Shown here: one piece after another, positions 56,719 to 64,000 of the stretch
Layout: each line of letters opens with the position of its first letter
Position numbering within the stretch: position 1 is the stretch's first letter
NCBI GenBank assembly: GCA_963662665.2
Contig: CAXXJS010000040.1
Span: 64,001 to 128,000, forward strand
Length of the DNA: 64,000 bases
Direction: 5' to 3'
DNA from: Candidatus Latescibacterota bacterium
GTDB taxonomy: Bacteria > Latescibacterota > UBA2968 > GCA-2709665
The notes under the pieces: model-generated
Seen by the model: only the letters and a program-made list of their open reading frames with translations
Told to the model about the DNA's origin: nothing
The model's database searches: none
Made by a program: the position numbers and the translations under genes

Positions 56719-56976
56719 GCCGATGGCTCCTTCGTCTTCAGGGGAGACATCGAACTATAAGCACGCCCAGTCTTAGAAGTCAATAGGTACTAGTGGCGAT
56801 GAACATGCTGCCCTTGCTAAGGTGTGTGAGAAATATTATGACACGTTTCTGAAGACAGATTTTCACATTTTTCTTGCGACGCCCAGCAATTCCATCAATT
56901 CGCCCCGAATCCGTGGGTGGTTAACGGGGTCTTCCCAATCCCTTCTGACGTTCAGGGTCTTCTATTCTAATCGGCT

Positions 56977-59952
56977 ATGAAACTTCATTTTGAACCAAAT
57001 CTCGAATTCCAGCTTCAAGCGATTGATGCCGTCTGTGACCTTTTTCGCGGGCAAGAAATCTGCCGAACCGACTTTACGGTCACGAGGGAAGCGGTGGGGT
57101 CCCAGGAACGTCTTGGATTTGACCAGAGCGATCTCGGCATTGGCAACCGGCTGACCCTTCTGGATGATGAGATCCTGGAAAACCTCCGCGCCATCCAGCT
57201 TCGGAACGGACTGCCTCCAACAGACCATTTGGACTCTGGTGATTTCACTGTGGAGATGGAGACCGGCACAGGAAAGACGTATGTGTATAGCCGTACCATT
57301 TTCGAACTGAACAAGCGTTACGGGTTTACCAAATTTGTAATTGTCGTGCCATCAATCGCTATCAAAGAGGGTGTCTACAAGTCGCTCCAGATTACCGAGG
57401 AACACTTCAAAGCACTTTACTCAGGCGCGCCATTCGACTATTTCCTCTACGATTCAGCCAAACTTGGCCAGGTGCGAAATTTTGCAACCAGTCCACAAAT
57501 TCAAATCATGGTTGTGACCGTCGGCGCCATCAACAAGAAGGATGTCAACAATCTATACAAGGAAAGCGAGAAGACGGGTGGCGAAAGGCCTATCGATCTT
57601 ATCAAAGCGACCAATCCGATTTTGATCGTCGATGAGCCTCAAAGCGTAGACGGAGGTTTGCGAGGTCGGGGCAAAGAGGCACTTAGCGCCATGAATCCTC
57701 TCTGCACGTTTCGCTACTCTGCAACGCACGTCGACCGACATCACATGGTGTATCGACTCGATGCAGTCGACGCATACGAGCAAAAACTGGTGAAGCAGAT
57801 CGAAGTGGCAGCCGCCACAGTCGAAAACGCGCACAACAGGCCCTATGTCCGGCTGATTTCAACGAGCAACCGTAGCAGAACGGTGAGTGCCAGGGTCGAA
57901 CTCGATGTTGAAACGCCCACCGGAGTTCGACGTCGGGAAGTCAACGTGCTTGATGGTGACGATCTCGAACAAACAACACGACGCGCTGTGTATCGAAATT
58001 GTCGGATCGGTACGATCTGCGCCGGGAGGGGTAACGAACTGGTTGAGCTGAGAGTACCCGGCGACGAGGAATACCTGCGTCCCGGTGAATCCTGGGGCGA
58101 CGTGGACGTACTTGCCGTTCAACGAGAAATGATACGCCGTACCATCCGGGAACACCTCGACAAGGAGCGACGTCTCAGGCCACAGGGCATAAAGGTGCTC
58201 AGCCTGTTTTTTATTGACGCGGTAGATCGGTACCGTGCGTACGATGAAGACGGGAATGCAGTCAAAGGCGTGTATGCCGAAATATTCGAGGAGGAGTATC
58301 GCCGTTTCGCAAAACATCCGGATTACCGCACGTTATTCGGAGAGGTCGATCTCGATAGAGCCTCGGACGAAGTCCACAACGGCTACTTCTCGATCGATAG
58401 GAAGGGCGGCTGGACGGATACTGCGGAGAACAATCAGACCAACCGTGACAACGCCGAGCGTGCGTACAATTTGATTATGAGAGAGAAGGAGCAACTGTTG
58501 AGCCTCGACACACCGCTCAAGTTCATATTCTCCCATTCCGCATTACGGGAAGGATGGGACAACCCCAATGTATTCCAGATTTGCGCTCTGCGCGACATAC
58601 GGACAGAACAAGAAAGGCGCCAATCCATTGGACGGGGACTACGCCTTTGCGTTAACCAGGACGGCGAGCGGCTACGCGGTTTCGATATCAACACGCTGAC
58701 GGTCGTAGCGATGGAAAGCTACGAGGAATTCGCGGAGAACCTGCAACACGAAATCGAGAAGGATACAGGGATACGCTTCGGAATCGTCACTTCCCACGAA
58801 TTCGCGTCGATTCCGGTTATTGACAAGGACGGCGAGATTACCGCGCTTGGGATTGACGCGTCGGAGGAATTGTGGGAACATCTGAAGGAAGCTGGATATA
58901 TCGACGCAACTGGTCGCATACAGGACTCGCTCCGCAAGGCGCTGAAAGAGGATACGTTCCTCGTACCAGAACTTTATGCTAAACAACAGACTGAGATCTC
59001 CAAAGTGCTACGTAAGCTCGCGGGGCGTCTCGACATCAAAGACGCAAACGAACGTCGGTCGGTGCGAACCCGGCAGGCTGTTTTCCAAAGCGCCGAATTC
59101 AAGTCGCTCTGGGACCGGATAAAATACAAGACAACCTATCGAGTTGTGTTTGACAACGAAAACCTGATTAACCAGTGCATCGATGCGCTTCAGAAAGCAC
59201 CTGCAATCCCAAGTACAAGGCTCCAGTGGCGGAAGGCCGATATCGCTATCGGAAAGGCCGGGGTCGAAGCCACTGAGAGACAAGGTGCCGCGACGGTTAC
59301 GTTGAACGAGGCAGACATTGAGCTGCCCGATATACTCACAGACCTCCAGGATAGAACGCAGCTCACACGGAGGAGCATCCACCGAATCTTGTGCGAAAGC
59401 GGACGGCTTGAAGAATTCAAGCGCAACCCTCAGCAGTTTATCGATCTGGCCGATCAGGCTATAAACCGCTGTAAAAGGAAAGTTTTAGTCGACGGAATCA
59501 AGTACCAGCGCCTGGGCGACGATCATTACTACGCACAGGAACTGTTCCAAAACGAAGAGTTGACGGGCTACTTGAAGAACATGCTTGATGCAACAAAGTC
59601 AGTCTACGACAAGGTCGTTTACGAATCCGGCGTGGAAGCTCAATTCGCCGATGATCTTGAGAACAACACGGCTGTTAAGGTGTATGCCAAGTTACCGGGG
59701 TGGTTCGAAGTGCCTACGCCTCTCGGTGGGTACAATCCCGACTGGGCAGTATTGATCGATTCCGAAGAAGGAGAGCGGTTGTATTTTGTCGTGGAAACGA
59801 AGGGAAGCCTGTTCACCGATGACATTCGAGACGCCGAGAGTGGCAAGATTAAGTGCGGCAAAGCGCACTTTAATGCGCTCAAGGTAGGCGAATCGCCGGT
59901 TCGATACGAAGTGGCGACCAGTTTCAGCGACTTGCCTACATCTGCAGGTTGA
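56977..59952 (+). CDS. res: Type III restriction endonuclease Res subunit
   Basis: VEMETGTGKTYVY, IVDEPQ, YSAT, HSALREGWDNPNVFQIC, C-terminal YNPDWA...VETKG nuclease motif. Confidence 0.93.
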   Translation: MKLHFEPNLEFQLQAIDAVCDLFRGQEICRTDFTVTREAVGSQERLGFDQSDLGIGNRLTLLDDEILENLRAIQLRNGLPPTDHLDSGDFTVEMETGTGKTYVYSRTIFELNKRYGFTKFVIVVPSIAIKEGVYKSLQITEEHFKALYSGAPFDYFLYDSAKLGQVRNFATSPQIQIMVVTVGAINKKDVNNLYKESEKTGGERPIDLIKATNPILIVDEPQSVDGGLRGRGKEALSAMNPLCTFRYSATHVDRHHMVYRLDAVDAYEQKLVKQIEVAAATVENAHNRPYVRLISTSNRSRTVSARVELDVETPTGVRRREVNVLDGDDLEQTTRRAVYRNCRIGTICAGRGNELVELRVPGDEEYLRPGESWGDVDVLAVQREMIRRTIREHLDKERRLRPQGIKVLSLFFIDAVDRYRAYDEDGNAVKGVYAEIFEEEYRRFAKHPDYRTLFGEVDLDRASDEVHNGYFSIDRKGGWTDTAENNQTNRDNAERAYNLIMREKEQLLSLDTPLKFIFSHSALREGWDNPNVFQICALRDIRTEQERRQSIGRGLRLCVNQDGERLRGFDINTLTVVAMESYEEFAENLQHEIEKDTGIRFGIVTSHEFASIPVIDKDGEITALGIDASEELWEHLKEAGYIDATGRIQDSLRKALKEDTFLVPELYAKQQTEISKVLRKLAGRLDIKDANERRSVRTRQAVFQSAEFKSLWDRIKYKTTYRVVFDNENLINQCIDALQKAPAIPSTRLQWRKADIAIGKAGVEATERQGAATVTLNEADIELPDILTDLQDRTQLTRRSIHRILCESGRLEEFKRNPQQFIDLADQAINRCKRKVLVDGIKYQRLGDDHYYAQELFQNEELTGYLKNMLDATKSVYDKVVYESGVEAQFADDLENNTAVKVYAKLPGWFEVPTPLGGYNPDWAVLIDSEEGERLYFVVETKGSLFTDDIRDAESGKIKCGKAHFNALKVGESPVRYEVATSFSDLPTSAG

Positions 59953-60156
59953 TGATCCAAAAGGCATCTGCAAACGAGTGGCCAGCGACTCAAAAAGCGT
60001 TACCGAAAGCGCAAATGTCGGCGATTCGCCGAACCAAAAAGCAACACGAAGTGCCGGCGTAGTGTCAAGCCACGGCGGCATTGAGGTGATCCCGATAAAA
60101 TTCGCCGACTCGGCCAATTTACCGGGGCGAGTAGTGCAAATGAGAGAAAACATCCA

Positions 60157-60708
60157 ATGTCTGACAGTAACAATCAGGATGTGAAATGGAACGCGGAATT
60201 CATGATGGACAACGCACGGTCGTTGCAGCGTGTTGTGCAGGACATCGAACGAGATACGAAGCAGTCTTTGGAATCGGATCTGCTCCTTTTCAAAGGACAA
60301 CTACTGGCGGGTCCAATCCTATTGTCATTGGCGGCGGAAATCGCACTGAAGGCACTGCTGTGTTGGGAGAAAAACAAAACCCCTATCCAGACCCATGACT
60401 TGCTGAAGTTGTTCATGTCGCTGGAAGAGAGCACACAAGAGTTACTGGAAGCAAGAATGCGGAAGGTAAGCCCATACTCGATACGTGCAGACCAGCCGGG
60501 CATGCAAAACCTGAATCCCGACGTTCAAGAGATGTTTTCAGCAAAGATGCATCCCCTGCGCGACGTTTTATGTTCTCACCGTGACTCGCACACACATTAT
60601 AGGTACCTCTACGAGAAGCATGGAGGCCGGTTCGAAATTGGTGAAATCAATCATGCACTAAACGTGATATTTGACGTCTACTACGAGAGGCGTCGTGATT
60701 CGCCTTGA
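60157..60708 (+). CDS. HEPN-domain-like protein
   Basis: LAAEIALKALL...THDLLKLF..L...YRYLYE pattern typical of HEPN folds. Confidence 0.65.
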   Translation: MSDSNNQDVKWNAEFMMDNARSLQRVVQDIERDTKQSLESDLLLFKGQLLAGPILLSLAAEIALKALLCWEKNKTPIQTHDLLKLFMSLEESTQELLEARMRKVSPYSIRADQPGMQNLNPDVQEMFSAKMHPLRDVLCSHRDSHTHYRYLYEKHGGRFEIGEINHALNVIFDVYYERRRDSP

Positions 60709-60829
60709 CGATGTGATGAATTGCTGGCTGCAGCCATTGGTAGATCTATTACCGTTCGCTGTCTCGCCGTCTCACGCTCGGTATCCAACAACCCTTCACG
60801 CATATCCAGTCTATAATGCAAATCGAGAA

Positions 60830-61030
60830 ACTCCGAAACGCAATCCCATCGGGGTCTCTTGTCGTTCCAGCGACGAAATCACAAGCATCCGCGACCTGTC
60901 AAGCAAACGGCCAGCGACGTAAATCCCACCACCACCGTCGCCGGGCCCTTCGACCCTTCGACAGGCTCAGGGCAACGCATGCTCAGGGACCGGCTCGGCT
61001 TCTGCGACTCCTCCTCACGGGGGGAGTGAT
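60830..61030. repeat. ~200-bp dispersed repeat with REP-like CCCTTCGACA(A/G)GCTCAGG, copy 1
   Basis: ACGGCCAGCGACGTAAATCCC...CCCTTCGAC..GCTCAGGGACCG.CTCGGCTTCTGCGACTCC...GGGGAGTGAT recurs at ~63435..63652. Confidence 0.7.
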
Positions 61031-61103
61031 TAGACCGTCAAACGGGCCCGCGCCTTGTTTTCTAACTGTCAAGCTGCGCCTGTCTGCTGAATGCTGGCGC
61101 ACA

Positions 61104-61510
61104 CGCGACCTGTGCCGCGAACACGGAGTGGCAGAGCCGCTGATCGAAGTGTCAGACTCGTGGGTGACGACGACCTTCAGGCGTCCGATAACCAAGTCTG
61201 AGGAGGAAGCTGGGGACAGGTCGGCACCAGGTCGGCACCAAGTCGGCACCAGGTCACCGCACAAGTTACCGCACAAGTTACCGCTCAGGTTGTATGGCAT
61301 TGCAGGCTACCCCGCTTTGCGAAGGAGATTATGGAGTTTCTTGGATTGAAACACCGGAAGACGTTCCGGGTAAACTACCTCCAGCCGCTAATGGAAGCCG
61401 GATGGCTGGAGATGACCATACCGGACAAGCCGACCAGCAGCAAACAGAAATATCGGCTCACGGACAAGGGACGGCAACTCCTGGCGGAATTGCGAGAGGA
61501 CGATGTCTGA
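61104..61510 (+). pseudogene. C-terminal fragment of HATPase_c_4 / Fic-C winged-helix regulator (frameshifted)
   Basis: RDLCREHGVAEP, then in another frame LGLKHRKTFRVNYLQPLMEAGWLEMTIPDKPTSSKQKYRLT. Confidence 0.7.
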
Positions 61511-61739
61511 AGACGGCGCATGGAACGAGACACTGGTTGATGATAAAGTGACCTATCACATCGAACTGGATGGGCGGCTCTTACTCGTTGAAAACGTCCC
61601 GGCTCGACTCAATGTCGAGACAGGCGAGAAGTACTTCTCACTGGAGACCGTTGAGCGCTTGCAGCGAGTCGTGTGGGAGAGATGCCGTCCTGTTCGAACC
61701 ATTGAGACCCCTGTGTATGGGTATGCCTCCCTCGCCTGA
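61503..61739 (+). CDS. YgiT-type zinc finger (MqsA-like) small protein, Cys-less variant
   Basis: VTY..ELDGRLLLVENVPAR....TGEKYFS.ETVERLQ...P.R.IETPVY. Confidence 0.75.
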   Translation: MSEDGAWNETLVDDKVTYHIELDGRLLLVENVPARLNVETGEKYFSLETVERLQRVVWERCRPVRTIETPVYGYASLA

Positions 61740-61740
61740 A

Positions 61741-62161
61741 GGTACCGGCATCCGGCGTATCCGGGACCTGTGCCGCGAACACGGAGTGGCAGAGCCGCTG
61801 ATCGACGTGTCCGAGTCGTGGGTGACAACTATGTTCGAAAGGCCAACCTCACCGGTGGGAATCCGCCGAGGGGCTAAGGCAAGAGTCAAGGCAAGAGTCA
61901 AGGCAGAAATCGAGGGCAAAGGGCATAGAACAACGAATTCTATCGATACTCCGACACACTCCCAGGTCCAGATCCGAGATCTCGATCGGTTTGGGCCACA
62001 GATCCGTATCGGGCCGGCTCAATCAGGCGATTCGCCTCTTGATGGAAGACAAGCTGATCGAATACACAATTCCAGAAAAACCCAACAGTCGGTTGCAGAA
62101 ATACAGACTCACCGAAGCAGGCAAGAGTCGACTGGCAGAATTGGAAGAAGGGCGATCATGA
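61741..62161 (+). pseudogene. Second C-terminal HATPase_c_4 / Fic-C fragment (frameshifted)
   Basis: GTGIRRIRDLCREHGVAEP, then in another frame LIEYTIPEKPNSRLQKYRLT; shares DNA with 61104..61180. Confidence 0.7.
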
Positions 62162-62300
62162 AACCCATCACCTCACACCTGACCAAAAGCGGATTTGATT
62201 CACTACGAAAGTCGCGAAAGTGCGCGAAATATACGGATGGAAAAATCGTCCACAGCCATTGGCGAAATGTATCCTTCACACTGTAGCTCGAATGTTATGC

Positions 62301-63170
62301 AGAGGAGGCCGAGAGGCTGGCCAAGCGTCCGCGCACAGGTTCGTCTTCAAAGGGCCTGTGCTACACGTCCAATAGAGAAGACGGGAGATTCTTCGACTCC
62401 GCTCAGAATGACATGCGTTGCGATAACCATTGGCGAACCGATGAGCCCACACCTTCGGCGAAACTGTCATCCAGAGGAGGCCGAGAGGCTGGCCAAGCGT
62501 CCGCGCACAGGTTCGTCTTCAATGGGCATGTGCTGCACGTCCAATCGAGTAGACGGGAGATTCTTCAACCCCGCTCAGAATGACATGCGTTGCGATAACC
62601 ATTGGCGAACCGATGAGCCCACACCTTCGGCGAAACTGTCATCCCGAGGAGGCCGAAAGGCTGGCCAAGCGTCCGCGCACAGGTTCGTCTTCAAAGGGCA
62701 TGTGCTACACGTCCAATAGAGAAGACGGGAGATTCTTCGACTCCGCTCAGAATGACATGCGTTGCGATAACCATTGGCGAACCGATGAGCCCACACCTTC
62801 GGCGAAACTGTCATCCAGAGGAGGCCGAGAGGCTGGCCAAGCGTCCGCGCACAGGTTCGTCTTCAATGGGCATGTGCTACACGTCCAATCGAGAAGACGG
62901 GAGATTCTTCGACTCCGCTCAGAATGACATGCGTTGCGATAACCATTGGCGAACCGCTGAGCCCACACCTTCGGCGAAACTGTCATCCAGAGGAGGCCGA
63001 AAGGCTGGCCAAGCGTCCGCGCACAGGTTCGTCTTCAAAGGGCATGTGCTACACGCCCAATCGAGAAGACGGGAGATTCTTCGACTCCGCTCAGAATGAC
63101 ATGCGTTGCGATAACCATTGGCGAACCGCTGAGCCCACGCCTTCGGCGAAACTGTCATCCAGAGGAGGCC
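62301..63170. repeat. Tandem array of five ~172-bp units containing REP-like palindromes
   Basis: GAGGAGGCC motif recurs at 62301, 62473, 62645, 62817, 62989, 63161; each unit carries GAGATTCTTCGACTCCGCTCAGAATGACA (slightly varied in unit 2). Confidence 0.95.
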
Positions 63171-63434
63171 GCCATGCCGACGGAGGATCTACTGCAGCAT
63201 CGGATCATCCCCGTGCGATTTGCACGTTTCGATACCTGAGCGGCAGCACGTCAACGGCAGCCGAATAACCCTCCCTGCCGATGAGATCCTTGAAGACCTC
63301 CGCGATACCCGGCCTGGAGTCCGTGCTGGTACGGAAGGTCGCCTCCAGGCGAAAAACGATAAGTGGAATCGTAAATGACGCCCGGTCCTGATCCGACCTC
63401 TGCTGTCACACTTACAGGTTCCGTTGCTCAACGC

Positions 63435-63652
63435 GAGACTCCGAAACACGGTCGTTTCGGGGTCTTTTGCAATTCCAGTGGCGAAATCATAGGAATCCTG
63501 GATCTGTCTTGCAGACGGCCAGCGACGTAAATCCCCCCACCGCTTCAGCCGTCCTGCCTGCCGCGCTCCGCTTGGCCCAGGCAGGCGCCGGGCCCTTCGA
63601 CAAGCTCAGGGACCGACTCGGCTTCTGCGACTCCCCCTCAGGGGGGAGTGAT
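63435..63652. repeat. ~200-bp dispersed repeat, copy 2
   Basis: Homologous to 60830..61030, with an extra CCTGCCTG...CAGGCAGG hairpin. Confidence 0.7.
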
Positions 63653-63714
63653 TGCGCGAAAGCCGGTGTTTTCATTCGATCGCCTTAACGCCCGTCCCGG
63701 TAAATGTTCCGTTA

Positions 63715-63875
63715 ACAGTCCGTTGAAAAAGTCGCTCTGCAGGCGAGGCCGAGACATTGTGGTCGAAGACAAGGCGCGCGACCGCGTCGAATCGAGGATT
63801 CGGCGAGGGAGCGCAACGCAGTATTTCGGCCACAAGGGCCGGACGCAGCCCGGATGGACTTTTACAACGGGCTGT
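63715..63875. mobile_element. MITE-like element with IS-type TIRs
   Basis: ACAGTCCGTTGAAAAAGTC / GACTTTTACAACGGGCTGT inverted repeats (2 mismatches in 19 bp); no ORF. Confidence 0.7.
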
Positions 63876-63917
63876 AAAGGTTTCGTTGATGCGGTTGTCA
63901 GGAAGAGAGGGAAGCCC

Positions 63918-64000
63918 ATGGATATCGCGGGGATTCGCGGCCAGATGCCGGGCCTTAAACACGGCGTTTACCTTAACACCGCTGGAATCGGTCAGTCGCC
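63918..64000 (+). CDS. Aminotransferase class V-fold PLP enzyme (5' end only)
   Basis: MDIAGIRGQMPGLKHGVYLNTAGIGQS matches the class V N-terminus IR..FP......YLN.A; purine-rich RBS upstream. Confidence 0.65.
   Translation, partial: MDIAGIRGQMPGLKHGVYLNTAGIGQS

Larger units (their letters stand above)
55569..56790 (-). mobile_element. IS630-family insertion sequence
   Basis: Imperfect TIRs GTACCCTTTGAC / GTCAATAGGTAC flanked by TA (55567-68, 56791-92) inside CTAG; two transposase ORFs. Confidence 0.88.

Noticed and set aside
62301-63170. CRISPR array
   Set aside because: Units are near-identical over the full 172 bp with no unique spacers and no cas genes; the ORFs called here are by-products of the repeat.

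Overview
Two very different halves. About 1-38.8 kb is GC-rich, almost all minus-strand, and holds an uptake/catabolic cluster typical of FCB-superphylum bacteria (Latescibacteria/Gemmatimonadota-like; taxonomy is inference only). It has three Gfo/Idh/MocA oxidoreductases, four homocysteine S-methyltransferase-family paralogs (one lacking its Zn cysteines), a DUF6785-like membrane protein, a TonB-dependent receptor / T9SS-CTD-like protein / PorV-like barrel / GWxTD / TonB locus, a temptin-like diheme protein, TPR and FG-GAP proteins, an M14 peptidase, a transglutaminase-like protein, and an Opp-type ABC transporter interrupted by an inverted YetA/PcRGLX-like lyase gene. About 39-63.9 kb is a lower-GC, plus-strand defence island built on an SNF2 helicase - DUF4391 - mod - res type III restriction-modification scaffold. 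Its mod gene is split by an IS1182-family element at a CTAG immediately before the SAM-binding motif. Cargo genes fill the gaps: a pentapeptide-FRG fusion, a HEPN-like protein, and, most notably, a coupled pair of an N-terminal-Gly partner protein and a QatC/QueC-like PP-loop enzyme fused to a C-terminal PD-(D/E)XK nuclease, followed by a DUF6236-like protein. This cargo block is bracketed by two copies of the mod 3' end and lacks QatA and QatD, so it is the best candidate for an undescribed anti-phage system. Also present: an IS630 element, several MITE/REP-like repeats, a duplicated four-helix-bundle gene with purine/pyrimidine arms, and a 5 x 172-bp tandem array. No rRNA, tRNA or CRISPR array was recognised. 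All family assignments come from motif recognition by eye, not database searches.
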